DNA of 64,000 bases, taken from contig JANNFI010000044.1 in NCBI GenBank assembly GCA_031379665.1, positions 13,574-77,573 of the forward strand, in the 5' to 3' direction. A program made the position numbers and the translations under genes. Below the pieces are notes generated by a model. It saw nothing but the letters and a program-made list of their open reading frames with translations. It had not been told where the DNA came from and searched no databases. Below are positions 46,907 to 57,104 of this stretch, piece by piece; the stretch's first letter is position 1, and each line of letters starts with the position of its first letter. The DNA comes from Ignavibacteria bacterium (GTDB lineage: Bacteria > Bacteroidota > Ignavibacteria > UBA10030 > SZUA-254).

Positions 46907-49093
46907 TTGCGCAACGGAATCTATAAAAAGAAGCTCGACGACCTTCTCGGGATCTGCAGGAAGAACCTGCGGTCGGTCAACGAGGACCTGATCAGGCGGG
47001 CGTTCGAGTTCAGCATGGAAGCGCACCGTAATGACATACGGGCCTCCGGTGATCCCTTCTTCAACCATCCCTACGAAGTCGCCCTCATCGTCGCCAAGGA
47101 GATACCCCTTGATGACGTCTCCGTCGTCAGCGCCCTCCTGCACGACGTGGCCGAGGACACCGATTACGAAATCAAGGACATCCGCCAGGAATTCGGTGAC
47201 ACCATCGCCGACATTGTCGACGGGGCGACCAAGATCACCGATATCTTCAGGAGCCACGAGATCACGCAGGCGGAGAGCTACCGCAAGATGCTCCTCTCGA
47301 TGGTGAACGACATCCGCGTGATGCTCCTGAAGTTCGCCGACCGGCTCCACAACATGCGGACCCTGGAATACCTGCCCGCCGACAAGCGAGTGAGGCTGGC
47401 CAGGGAAACCCTCGACATCTACGCACCGTTCGCCCACCGGTTTGGCCTCGCGAAGATCAAGTGGGAGCTGGAGGACCTCGCGTTCAAGTACCTGGAACCG
47501 GCTGAGTACGAGGAACTGGCCCGGAGCCTGAAGTCCCGGCGCCGGGAGCGGGAGGGTTACATCAGGAAGTTCATCCTGCCGATCGAGAAGCGGCTCGAGG
47601 CCGACGGCACCACCTTCGTGATCGAGGGGAGGCCGAAGCACCTGTACAGCATCCACTCGAAGATGGTGGCGAGGAAGAAGCAATTGGACGAGGTCTACGA
47701 CCTCTTCGCCGTGCGGATCATCCTCGACACCGTCAACCCGAACGACTGTTTCACCGTGTATGGGATCACGTCGTCGATCTACCTGCCGATCCCCGAGCGG
47801 TTCAAGAATTACATTTCGATGCCGAAGAAGAACGGTTACCAGTCGATCCATGCGACGCTCGTCGGCCCGGAGGGGAAGATGGTCGAGATCCAGATCCGCA
47901 CCCGGGCGATGCACGAGATCGCCGAGAAGGGCGTCGCGGCCCACTGGCGCTACAAGGAGAACCTCTCGCGGCTCGACGAGGAGCTGGAGAGCTGGGTCTC
48001 CTGGGTGCGCGAGATCTTTGATCGCGGCGACGAGGAGTCGCCCGACAAGCAGCTGATGGAGAGCTTCAAGCTGAACCTCTACCAGGACGAAATCTACGTC
48101 TTCACCCCGCGCGGCGAGCTGAAAATCCTCCCCCAGGGCTCAACGCCGGTGGACTTCGCATACGCTGTGCACTCCAACATCGGTGACCATTGCCTGAGTG
48201 CCAAGATCGGCGGGAAGATCGTTCCGCTCGGCCACGTGCTGCGCAGCGGCGACCAGATTGAGGTCATCACCTCGAAGAGCCAGACGCCGAACGCCGACTG
48301 GGACAAGTTCGTGGTCACCCACCGCGCCAAATCGCACATCCGCCGCTGGATCAAGGAGGAGGAGCACAAATCGGTCAGGTCGGGGAAGGAGCTCTGGGAG
48401 AAGCGGGCCAAAAAGCACAAGCTCTCCATCAACGAGGACGATCTCATCCGGTACGCGCACGATTTCGGGGCCGACGACATGGGCGAGTTCTACGAGAGGA
48501 TCCACCACGGCCTGATCGACGCTGACACGGTCATCCGCGAGATCGAGATCGAGCAGAAGCACCCGCGGCCCGAGGGCCAGACCCGGCCCGACGGTCAGCC
48601 CGGCCTCTTCAACCGGTTCCTGACGACCGCGAGGAGCATCACCGGAGGGATCACTGTGCACGGCCGGCAGGACGCGTACCTCCACAGTTTCGCCAAGTGC
48701 TGCAACCCGATCCCCGGGGACGACATCATCGGTTTCATCACCAAGGGTGAGGGCGTGAAGATCCACCTCCGGGACTGCCAGAACTTCGCCCGGCTGGCGG
48801 AGCAACAGGCCCAGAGGGTCGTCGAGGTCGGCTGGCCGCCAGCGAACGGCGTCGAATACGCCGCGGCGATCCGGATTTCCGGCGAGGACAGGACCGGGCT
48901 CCTCAACGATATCACGCACCTCATCTCGAGTTACCAGAACACGAACATCCGCGGGGTCAAGATCGACGTGAAGGATTCGATGTTCGACGGCAGCATTCTC
49001 GTCAACGTGAAGAACACCGAACATCTGACCCGGATCATTGAGAAACTCAAAAACGTCCGGGGCGTTTCCCACGCGGAACGTCTCGTGGAATAG
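46907..49093 (+). CDS. relA: Bifunctional (p)ppGpp synthetase/hydrolase; start uncertain
   Basis: HD motif LLHDVAED, ADRLHNMRTL, GRPKHLYSI, NGYQSIH, EIQIRT, TGS domain (TPVDFAYAVH), KCCNP, ACT domain. Confidence 0.95.
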   Translation: MRNGIYKKKLDDLLGICRKNLRSVNEDLIRRAFEFSMEAHRNDIRASGDPFFNHPYEVALIVAKEIPLDDVSVVSALLHDVAEDTDYEIKDIRQEFGDTIADIVDGATKITDIFRSHEITQAESYRKMLLSMVNDIRVMLLKFADRLHNMRTLEYLPADKRVRLARETLDIYAPFAHRFGLAKIKWELEDLAFKYLEPAEYEELARSLKSRRREREGYIRKFILPIEKRLEADGTTFVIEGRPKHLYSIHSKMVARKKQLDEVYDLFAVRIILDTVNPNDCFTVYGITSSIYLPIPERFKNYISMPKKNGYQSIHATLVGPEGKMVEIQIRTRAMHEIAEKGVAAHWRYKENLSRLDEELESWVSWVREIFDRGDEESPDKQLMESFKLNLYQDEIYVFTPRGELKILPQGSTPVDFAYAVHSNIGDHCLSAKIGGKIVPLGHVLRSGDQIEVITSKSQTPNADWDKFVVTHRAKSHIRRWIKEEEHKSVRSGKELWEKRAKKHKLSINEDDLIRYAHDFGADDMGEFYERIHHGLIDADTVIREIEIEQKHPRPEGQTRPDGQPGLFNRFLTTARSITGGITVHGRQDAYLHSFAKCCNPIPGDDIIGFITKGEGVKIHLRDCQNFARLAEQQAQRVVEVGWPPANGVEYAAAIRISGEDRTGLLNDITHLISSYQNTNIRGVKIDVKDSMFDGSILVNVKNTEHLTRIIEKLKNVRGVSHAERLVE

Positions 49094-49107
49094 GGGGCGG
49101 ATCAGCC

Positions 49108-49449
49108 ATGGCGCGACCTGGAAGGCCGACATACACGAAGAAGGACGTCGTAAAGAGGCTCTGTGCGATGACGGGGGAGACCCGCGTGGTCTGCTCGGTC
49201 TGGGTCGACCGCCTGTTCACGGTCCTCAGGGAGACGATGATGTCCGCCGATCCGGAACTGCGCATCGAGATACGGGATTTCGGCGTGTTCGAAGTGAAGA
49301 AGACCAAGTCCAAGCCGAAAGCAAGGAACCCGAGGTCGGGGGAGATCATCTTCGTCCCGTCGCGTCGCAAAACGCACTTCAAGCCAAGCAAGCTCCTCAA
49401 GGGATTCCTTTCCAGTCCGCTCCCCGGCGCCCCCGGGCGGGAGGGGTAA
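49108..49449 (+). CDS. HU/IHF family DNA-binding protein
   Basis: IEIRDFGVFEV, ARNPRSGE, FKPSKLLK. Confidence 0.92.
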   Translation: MARPGRPTYTKKDVVKRLCAMTGETRVVCSVWVDRLFTVLRETMMSADPELRIEIRDFGVFEVKKTKSKPKARNPRSGEIIFVPSRRKTHFKPSKLLKGFLSSPLPGAPGREG

Positions 49450-49455
49450 CCCCGC

Positions 49456-49902
49456 GTGGATGGAGCACCGAGGGTTCTCGGCGTCGACTACGGCAGGAAA
49501 CGGGTCGGGATCGCGGTCAGCGACCCGCTCGGCATCATCGCGAGGGGAGTGACGGTCATCGAGCGCACGAAAAACCTTGCGGCGGACGTCTGCGGAATCG
49601 CCACCGAACTGGGGGCGGGGAGCGTTGTCGTGGGGATGCCCTTGACCCTCGACGGCGGGAAAGGGGAGATGGCAAGGGAGGTCGAGGATTTCATCACGGC
49701 CCTCGAACGTGTGTGCGGGCTGCCGGTGATCGCCGTCGACGAGCGTTTCTCCTCGTCGAGGGCCCGATCGACCCAGATCGAAATGGGGGTCCCCCGGAAA
49801 AAACGGCGCGTGAAAACCGAAATCGACAGGATGGCGGCGGCACTGATCCTCCAGGACTACCTCGACAGCCGGGGCGAGCCCGGACCCGTCGCCCGCACCT
49901 GA
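49456..49902 (+). CDS. ruvX: YqgF/RuvX pre-16S rRNA nuclease (Holliday junction resolvase-like)
   Basis: GVDYGRKRVGIAVSD, VVGMP, VDERFSS, DRMAAALILQ. Confidence 0.94.
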   Translation: MDGAPRVLGVDYGRKRVGIAVSDPLGIIARGVTVIERTKNLAADVCGIATELGAGSVVVGMPLTLDGGKGEMAREVEDFITALERVCGLPVIAVDERFSSSRARSTQIEMGVPRKKRRVKTEIDRMAAALILQDYLDSRGEPGPVART

Positions 49903-49958
49903 GGTGTCGCCCGGGGCCCCGCGGACACTCTTCGAAAACAAGCACGACACCCTGACGC

Positions 49959-50618
49959 ATGAATTTCCGCGATGTGAACGACATGATCGACGAGGGGGAG
50001 GGATTCACGATGGAGTTCAAGCGCCGGATCTCCTCACCCGAGAAGATCGCCCGGACGCTGATCTCGTTCGCGAACACCCGCGGCGGGACCATCCTCTTCG
50101 GGGTCGACGACGACGGCACCGTGGTGGGGGTGGAGAGCGAAAAATCGGAGATCGAGATGATTGGGATCGCCGCGCAGGAGTTCTGCGATCCCCGCGTCGA
50201 AGCCGTCATCGACATCGTTCCCTTCGACGGCCTCGATGTGATCGTCTGCGCCGTGAACGAAAGCCGGACCAAGCCCCACTATTTCGTGGGGGACCGGGAC
50301 ACCGGGAACGGCGAGAGCACGAGGGTCTACATCAGGGTCAACGACAATACGATGATGGCCAGTCGGGAGGTGGTGAAGATCCTCAGGGACGAGAACCCCG
50401 ACGCACGGCCGCTGACGGTCAGCATCGGCCGGAACGAGAAACGCCTGTTCGAATTCCTCGACCAGAACAAGCGGATCACGCTCAGGGAATTCGGACGATT
50501 GGTGAACGTCAGCGACCGCAGGGCCTCCAGAATCCTGGTGAGTCTCGTTCGGGCCGGCGTCATCCGGATCCATACCCGCGAGAAGGAAGAATTCTTCACG
50601 CTTGCCCACGACATCTAG
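49959..50618 (+). CDS. AlbA_2 (Schlafen-like) domain protein with C-terminal winged helix
   Basis: GEGFTMEFKR, SFANTRGGTILFGVDDDG, YIRVND, ITLREF...RRASRILVSLV. Confidence 0.85.
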   Translation: MNFRDVNDMIDEGEGFTMEFKRRISSPEKIARTLISFANTRGGTILFGVDDDGTVVGVESEKSEIEMIGIAAQEFCDPRVEAVIDIVPFDGLDVIVCAVNESRTKPHYFVGDRDTGNGESTRVYIRVNDNTMMASREVVKILRDENPDARPLTVSIGRNEKRLFEFLDQNKRITLREFGRLVNVSDRRASRILVSLVRAGVIRIHTREKEEFFTLAHDI

Positions 50619-50770
50619 CTCGCCGGCCGCACTTCGACGCGTCCCACGCCGCGCGCTGCCGTTCTCTCTGCCCTCCGTTTGAACGCTGGAAAAACTTTCT
50701 TACATTCGGTGAGCATTTTCACCCCCCCGGGGAGGTCGCCCGGGCGATCAGGTCGGATAAAAAAGGTATT

Positions 50771-53620
50771 ATGGCGAAAAACACCCAACCTCCGGAACCG
50801 CTCGACGATCTGATGCTCCGCGCCATAAGGGGAGTGGACCGAAGCGTCTTCGCGGCCGACGGCGACGGCGTCATCCGTTTCGCGACGGAGGCCTTCGCGC
50901 AGCTTTGCGGCAAGCCGGTCGAGTCGCTCGTCGGCTCGCGGGTCGGATCACTCTTCAACCAAGGGGAGCACGACCGGATCAAGGCCGGCCTGCGGAAGAG
51001 TTCTCCCGGCGACGAGTGGCACTTCGAGATCCTCCACGCAGGGCGCGACGGGACCAGCTTTCCCTGCAGCCTGACCGTCCGGAAGATCCGGGACGCGGAG
51101 GCCGGGACGCTTGCCTATCTCTACACGGCAGCGCCGGTGGTTCTCGGCGGGGCCGACGACAGGGTGCGCGACGCGGTCTACCAGATCGCCGACACCTCGG
51201 ACAACGCGTCCACACTGGAGGACCTCTACATGTCCCTCCACCGCATCATCAGCACGGTGATGCCGGTGAATAATTTTTACATAGCGATTTTCGACGCCGC
51301 CGAAAACCTCCTCAGTTTTCCCTACTTCGTCGACGAGGTCGACGAGCCGTCGCCCCCACAGCGGCCCGGGCGCGGCATGACGGAGTACGTCCTGCGCACG
51401 GGCAAATCGCTCCTCTGCACGCTCGACGTGCACGAAGAACTCGTCAGGAAGGGTGAAGCGGAATTGATCGGCGCCCCGTCCGCGATCTGGCTGGGAGTGC
51501 CGTTGATCGTGGAACGCGAGACGATCGGTGCGATGGTCGTGCAGCATTACAGCGACGAGAAGGCCTACGGCGAGAAGGAGCAGCGCGTCCTGGAGTTCAT
51601 GTCGTCACAGATCGCCCGAGTCATCGAGCGGAAACGTTCCGAACGTGCGCTCCGCTTGAGCAGCGAACGGTACCAACGCTTCGTGGGGCAGAGTTTCGAG
51701 GGAATCTGGAGGGTCCAGTTCCACGATCCGATCCCGGTGTCGCTCCCGCACCCGGAGCAGGAGGACCTGTTCTTCACGAACGGTTACTTCGTCGAATGCA
51801 ACGACGTGATGGCGAACATGCTCGGCTACGGAAGCGGCTCCGAGGTCTGCGGGCGGAAAATCGAGCACTTCATCCTTCCGAGCATGCCCGACAACAGGGC
51901 GCTGGTCCGGAGATTAACCTCCTCAGGGTACCACGTGAAGGAAGCCGACGTGCACCGCACCGGGTCTGACGGGCACGAGAAATATTTCCTCCTCAACCTG
52001 ATCGGCGTCGTCGAGAACAGCGCCCTGGCCGAGCTATGGGGGACCCAGCGCGACGTGACGGAACGACGGCAGACCGAGCTCCGGGTGAAGGAGTCGGAGA
52101 AGAAATACCGTTCGATTTTCGAGGGGTCGCAGGACGCCATCTTCGTCTGCTCGACCGCGGGGAAGATCCTCGACGTCAACCACGCCGCCGTCGACCTGTT
52201 CGGCTTCACCTCCTCGGAGGACGTCCGGGGGATGCACTCGATGGACGCGCTCTTCGCCAAGCCCGCGCAGCTCCAGGAATACCGCAAGCGGCTCACACAG
52301 GACGGTTCGGTGCGCGAGTTCGAGTTCGAGCTGAAACGGCGGGACGGGGATTCGCGGAGCGTCATCGTGACCGCGTCGTCCGAAACGGCTCCCCTCGGCG
52401 AGAGCCTGACTCACCGGGGATTCCTGCGGGACATCACCGACCGCAGGCGCCTGGAGGAGCAATTCCGCCAGGCACAGAAAATGGAAGGCATCGGCACCCT
52501 CGCCGGCGGCATCGCCCACGATTTCAACAACCTCCTCGGGATCATCCTCGGTTTCACCCAGCTCCTGGAGGCCGGCCCGGCCGATCCCGAGCGGTTCGCC
52601 AAGAGCATCGAGACGATCAAGCGTGCCATCGAGCGGGGGAGCGGGCTCGTACGTCAGCTGCTGACCTTCGCCCGGCGCGCCGACCCCTCGTTCCACAACC
52701 TCAACGCGAACGACGTGGTCGGCGAGCTCACCAGGATGCTCGGGGAGACGTTTCCACGGAGCATCGAGATCGCCGCTGACCTGGACGACGGACTCCCATC
52801 GATTACCGCCGACCACGGGCAGTTGCATCAGGCCCTGCTGAACCTCTGCGTCAACGCCCGCGACGCGATGCTCGACCCGCGGCGCGGTACGATGAACGGC
52901 AAGCTCACGCTCAGCACCTCGAGCGTCGACGGCTCGGTGCTCCGCAAAAAATTCGGGAACGCCCTCCTCGACCGGTACGTGGTCATCAGCATCCGGGACA
53001 ACGGCGTCGGGATGGACGAGGAAACGCGGACGAGGATTTTCGAGCCTTTCTTCACGACCAAGGAACTCGGGCAGGGGACGGGCCTCGGCCTTTCGGTCGT
53101 GTACGGCGTCATCAACAGCCACCAGGGGTACGTCGACGTCGAGAGCCGGGTCGGCGAAGGGACGGCGTTCCACCTCTATTTCCCGATCACCGACGCGCTC
53201 TATCCCCCGGTGGTGCGGATCGCGGAATCTACCGACGAACTCCCGGTAGGGAGCGAGACCATCCTGATCGTCGAGGACGAGGAGATGTTGCGCGACCTCC
53301 TCAAGACCTTCCTGAGCGGGAGCGGGTATACCGTCCTCACCGCGCAGAACGGGGAGGAGGGGCTGGAGGTCTTCAGGCAGTACCGGGACGACATCGCCCT
53401 CATCCTCTCCGACATGGGACTGCCCAGGCTGGGCGGTTGGGAGATGTTCCAGCAGATGCGGGAGATCGATCCGGGCGTCAAGGTGATCCTGGCCAGCGGT
53501 TACTTCGATCCGAACCTGAAGATGGATCTCCTCAAGGCCGGGGCGAAGGACTTCATGCAGAAACCGTACGTCCCCGACACCATCCTCCGACGAATCCGGG
53601 AAGTGATCGACGCCGACTAG
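50771..53620 (+). CDS. Cytoplasmic hybrid sensor histidine kinase (PAS-GAF-PAS-PAS-HisKA-HATPase-REC)
   Basis: WLGVPL GAF motif, QKMEGIGTLAGGIAHDFNN H-box, NARDAM, DNGVGM, FEPFFTTK, GTGLGL, receiver VEDE...SDMGLP; ATG at 50771. Confidence 0.93.
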   Translation: MAKNTQPPEPLDDLMLRAIRGVDRSVFAADGDGVIRFATEAFAQLCGKPVESLVGSRVGSLFNQGEHDRIKAGLRKSSPGDEWHFEILHAGRDGTSFPCSLTVRKIRDAEAGTLAYLYTAAPVVLGGADDRVRDAVYQIADTSDNASTLEDLYMSLHRIISTVMPVNNFYIAIFDAAENLLSFPYFVDEVDEPSPPQRPGRGMTEYVLRTGKSLLCTLDVHEELVRKGEAELIGAPSAIWLGVPLIVERETIGAMVVQHYSDEKAYGEKEQRVLEFMSSQIARVIERKRSERALRLSSERYQRFVGQSFEGIWRVQFHDPIPVSLPHPEQEDLFFTNGYFVECNDVMANMLGYGSGSEVCGRKIEHFILPSMPDNRALVRRLTSSGYHVKEADVHRTGSDGHEKYFLLNLIGVVENSALAELWGTQRDVTERRQTELRVKESEKKYRSIFEGSQDAIFVCSTAGKILDVNHAAVDLFGFTSSEDVRGMHSMDALFAKPAQLQEYRKRLTQDGSVREFEFELKRRDGDSRSVIVTASSETAPLGESLTHRGFLRDITDRRRLEEQFRQAQKMEGIGTLAGGIAHDFNNLLGIILGFTQLLEAGPADPERFAKSIETIKRAIERGSGLVRQLLTFARRADPSFHNLNANDVVGELTRMLGETFPRSIEIAADLDDGLPSITADHGQLHQALLNLCVNARDAMLDPRRGTMNGKLTLSTSSVDGSVLRKKFGNALLDRYVVISIRDNGVGMDEETRTRIFEPFFTTKELGQGTGLGLSVVYGVINSHQGYVDVESRVGEGTAFHLYFPITDALYPPVVRIAESTDELPVGSETILIVEDEEMLRDLLKTFLSGSGYTVLTAQNGEEGLEVFRQYRDDIALILSDMGLPRLGGWEMFQQMREIDPGVKVILASGYFDPNLKMDLLKAGAKDFMQKPYVPDTILRRIREVIDAD

Positions 53621-54177
53621 GCCGGGGGTTGTTCGCTGAGCACGCGGCGGGCGGCGAGCCCGGCGCACGCGAACACCGCGATGCCAAAGGCCACGGCGGC
53701 GTTGAGCGATTGTTTCATCCCGTACATCGGGATGTCGACGGCCAGGTCCGCCGCCGCGACGATCTCCTTCCTGATCCCCCTGATTTCGTTGCCGACCACC
53801 AGGCAGATCGGGAGATCACCCTCACCCAGCGTATCGTATGGCCGGCTGCTGTCGGTCTGCTCGACGAGGCAGATGCGGACCCCGTCGCGTTTAAGCGCGG
53901 CGATCGCTTCGAGGGGATCGCGGACATATTCCCACGGTACGGTCCCCGTCGCCCCGAGGGCGGTTTTTTCGATCTCCTTCCGTGGGGGTGAGGGCGTGAA
54001 GCCGGTAAGGATAAGCCGGTTCAACCTCGCCCCGTCGGCCGTCCTGAACATCGATCCCACATTGTACAGGCTCCGGATGTCATCGAGGAGCGCATAGATG
54101 GGAAAACGCTCCAGTTTCGACAATTCGGCGGGGGTATGGCGCATCCGTCCGATTTCGTGGTGTTCGAGCTTTCTCAT
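53617..54177 (-). CDS. SpoU/TrmH family RNA methyltransferase
   Basis: IRSLYNVGSMFRTAD, VGNEIRG, IPMYGMKQSLNAAVA. Confidence 0.92.
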   Translation of the reverse strand: MRKLEHHEIGRMRHTPAELSKLERFPIYALLDDIRSLYNVGSMFRTADGARLNRLILTGFTPSPPRKEIEKTALGATGTVPWEYVRDPLEAIAALKRDGVRICLVEQTDSSRPYDTLGEGDLPICLVVGNEIRGIRKEIVAAADLAVDIPMYGMKQSLNAAVAFGIAVFACAGLAARRVLSEQPPA

Positions 54178-54285
54178 CGGTCTTCTCCAATTTTCGGGTC
54201 AGGGGTTCGAGTTCCCCGGCGATTGATTCGCAGGGGGGAATTCACTATATTCATTTTCCTGAAATTCTTCAAAAACTCCTCGCAT

Positions 54286-54978
54286 TTGAAGAAATTGGTC
54301 ATCGCGATCGACGGCCCCGCGGCCTCGGGTAAAAGTACGACCGCGCGGCTCGTCGCCGAACGGCTCGGCTATCTCCATATCGATACCGGCGCGATGTACC
54401 GGGCGATGACGGTGAAGGTGCTCAGGTTGGGGGTCGATCCGGCCGATGCCGACGCGGTCGGCGCTCTCACGGTGGCGACACGCATCACGATCGCGACGGC
54501 CACGGGCCACGCCGTCGTGCAGCTCGACGGTCACGATGTCTCCGATGAGATCCGCTCACCGGATGTCACACGGGCCGTAAGCCAGGTCAGTTCGATCCGA
54601 TCCGTGAGGGACTTGATGGTCCGCGAGCAGCGGCGCCTCGCCGCCTCAGGCGGCGTTGTGCTCGAAGGCCGCGACATCGGGAGCGTGGTCCTTCCCGACG
54701 CCGATGTAAAGATTTTCCTGGTCGCCGACCCGGCCGAGAGGGCCAGGCGGCGCCGGAAGGAGCTCAACGACAGTGGAATCGAGGTCGGGCTCGAAGAACT
54801 CGAGGCCGAGATCAGGGAGCGCGACCGGCGTGACAGTTCGAGGGTGATCAGTCCGCTCAGGATGCCCGAGGGCGCCACGATCGTGGACACCTCGTCGCTG
54901 ACGGTTCCGGAGCAGGTGGAGAGGATTCTCGGCGTCGTCACTCAGGGCCGCGAAGCGGGTGATCGCGGGACCCCCTGA
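54286..54978 (+). CDS. cmk: Cytidylate kinase
   Basis: IAIDGPAASGKST, DTGAMYRA, EGRDIG, RDRRD; TTG start at 54286. Confidence 0.95.
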   Translation: MKKLVIAIDGPAASGKSTTARLVAERLGYLHIDTGAMYRAMTVKVLRLGVDPADADAVGALTVATRITIATATGHAVVQLDGHDVSDEIRSPDVTRAVSQVSSIRSVRDLMVREQRRLAASGGVVLEGRDIGSVVLPDADVKIFLVADPAERARRRRKELNDSGIEVGLEELEAEIRERDRRDSSRVISPLRMPEGATIVDTSSLTVPEQVERILGVVTQGREAGDRGTP

Positions 54979-55155
54979 GGGAAAAGCCACCGCCGGACGG
55001 CAAACAATTTTTCAAGTCATCATAATTCACTGGAACCACGACCAACAATACGGACGTGTTCCGGCGGCTCGTGGTGGATGACTTCCACGGGACCGCAGGT
55101 CACGGACGAATGAACCGGCGCCCACGGGCGCGGGTATGATCCGCTAGGAGAAGCA

Positions 55156-57012
55156 ATGGCGACACGCAATGAGTCGAGGGACTCGAAGGGTACACCTTCG
55201 GGAAGGTCACACGACAGGGGCGACGACAACAGGTCCGAACGTACGCGGCAACACTCCGTGAACAGAATGGCATTTTCCGAGATCGAGGAGCGCGAGTACT
55301 CCGTACAGGAGCACAGCGACCTCGAGAAGCTCTACAACCAGACGTTCGGCACGATCTTCGAGGGGCAGATCGTCAAGGGCCGGGTGGTCGCCGTCACCGA
55401 CAGCGGGGTGGCGATCGACATCGGGTTCAAATCCGAGGGGCTCGTCTCCCTCGCCGAGTTTCCGAACATCGACGAACTGCGCCCCGGCGACGAAGTCGAG
55501 GTGTTCCTGGAGAGCGTCGAAAATAAGGATGGACAGCTCGTTCTCTCGCGCAAGCGGGCCGACTTCATGCGCACCTGGGAGAGGATTATCGGCGCCTTCG
55601 AGAAGGGGGACATCCTCCAGGGCAAAATCACCCGCCGGATCAAGGGCGGTCTCGTCGTGGACCTCATGGGGATCGACGCCTTCCTTCCAGGCTCCCAGAT
55701 CGACGTCAGGCCGGTGCGTGATTTTGATCAGTACCTCGGCAAAGTGATGGACTTCAAGGTCGCCAAGGTGAACCACCCGAACGAGAACGTCGTGGTCAGC
55801 CACAAGGTGCTCATCGAGGCCGAGATGCAGGAACAGCGCGACGGCATCATGAACAGCCTGCAGAAGGGCCAGGTCCTCGAGGGCAACGTCAAGGCGATCA
55901 CGGACTTCGGCGTGTTCATCGACCTGGGCGGCATCGACGGCCTGATCCACATCACCGACCTCTCCTGGGGTCGCATCAACCACCCCTCGGAAGTGGTGAA
56001 GCTCGACCAGACGATCAGCGTCGCGGTCCTGGACTTCGACGAGGCGAAACGCCGGATCTCCCTCGGACTCAAGCAGCTCCTCCCGCACCCGTGGGAGAAC
56101 ATCGAGATGAAGTACCCGGTCGGCACCAAGGTGACCGGCAAGGTCGTTTCCCTGGCCGACTACGGCGCCTTCATCGAAATCGAGAAGGGGATCGAGGGCC
56201 TGATCCACATTTCGGAGATGAGCTGGACACAGCATATCAAACACCCCTCCCAGGTCGTGTCGATGGGGCAGATGATCGATGCCGTCATCCTCAGCCTGGA
56301 CAAGGACAACAAGAAAATCTCCCTCGGGATGAAGCAGCTCGAGCCGGATCCCTGGCTCAGCCTGCTCGAGAAATACCCCGTGGGTTCGAAGCACAACGGC
56401 GTCGTCCGCAACCTCACCAACTTCGGCGTGTTCATCGAGCTGGAAGAGGGAGTGGATGGCCTCGTCCACATTTCTGATCTGAGCTGGACCAAGAAAATCC
56501 GGCACCCGGGCGAAGTAGTCAAGAAGGGCGAGCGGCTCGACGTTGTGATCCTCGGCATCGACGTGGACCAGCGGCGGATCTCCCTCGGGCACAAGCAGGT
56601 GAAGGACAACCCGTGGGATTCCTTCGAGGATGCCTTCAAGCCCGGCTCCCCCACCGAGGGGAAGATCGTGCGTATCATCGAGAAGGGCGTGATCGTGGAG
56701 CTCCCGACGGGCGTGGACGGCTTCGTCCCGGCGTCGCAGCTCGCGCTCTCGCCGGTCAAGCAGGTGGCCGATTCGTTCAACGTCGGCGATTCGCTCCCGC
56801 TCCAGGTGATCGAGTTCGACAAGGACAGCAAGAAGATCGTCCTGTCGGTCGTCGAGTACCTCAAGGGCAAGGAGCAGAAGATCATCGACGAGTACGCGTC
56901 GAAGCACAAGCTGCCGTCGATGACGATCAAGGACGTCGCGAGTGTCACCGGGAAACCGGAGGACATCGCGGACATCGGCGACCAGCCCCCGACCTCGGAT
57001 TACCTGAACTGA
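55156..57012 (+). CDS. rpsA: 30S ribosomal protein S1
   Basis: Six S1 repeats (DIGFKSEG, AFLPGSQID, FGVFIDLGGIDGLIH, YGAFIEI, FGVFIEL, DGFVPASQL); AGGAG SD. Confidence 0.98.
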   Translation: MATRNESRDSKGTPSGRSHDRGDDNRSERTRQHSVNRMAFSEIEEREYSVQEHSDLEKLYNQTFGTIFEGQIVKGRVVAVTDSGVAIDIGFKSEGLVSLAEFPNIDELRPGDEVEVFLESVENKDGQLVLSRKRADFMRTWERIIGAFEKGDILQGKITRRIKGGLVVDLMGIDAFLPGSQIDVRPVRDFDQYLGKVMDFKVAKVNHPNENVVVSHKVLIEAEMQEQRDGIMNSLQKGQVLEGNVKAITDFGVFIDLGGIDGLIHITDLSWGRINHPSEVVKLDQTISVAVLDFDEAKRRISLGLKQLLPHPWENIEMKYPVGTKVTGKVVSLADYGAFIEIEKGIEGLIHISEMSWTQHIKHPSQVVSMGQMIDAVILSLDKDNKKISLGMKQLEPDPWLSLLEKYPVGSKHNGVVRNLTNFGVFIELEEGVDGLVHISDLSWTKKIRHPGEVVKKGERLDVVILGIDVDQRRISLGHKQVKDNPWDSFEDAFKPGSPTEGKIVRIIEKGVIVELPTGVDGFVPASQLALSPVKQVADSFNVGDSLPLQVIEFDKDSKKIVLSVVEYLKGKEQKIIDEYASKHKLPSMTIKDVASVTGKPEDIADIGDQPPTSDYLN

Positions 57013-57047
57013 GCGTCGGCGGGAAACATCAATCAAAGATCAATCGA

Positions 57048-57083
57048 GGAGAGATGTCGTCCGCGGCGTCTCTCCCTTTTTTT
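57048..57083 (+). terminator. Intrinsic terminator after rpsA
   Basis: GGAGAGATGTCG-TCCG-CGGCGTCTCTCC followed by C and T7. Confidence 0.8.
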
Positions 57084-57104
57084 GGGGGTCATAAGGCATA
57101 AGGA

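Noticed and set aside
55207-57036. 609-aa antisense ORF over rpsA, and similar long shadow ORFs (52034-53668, 57033-58448, 42385-43935, 963-2075)
   Set aside because: Expected from strong GC3 codon bias on the coding strand; no recognisable motifs
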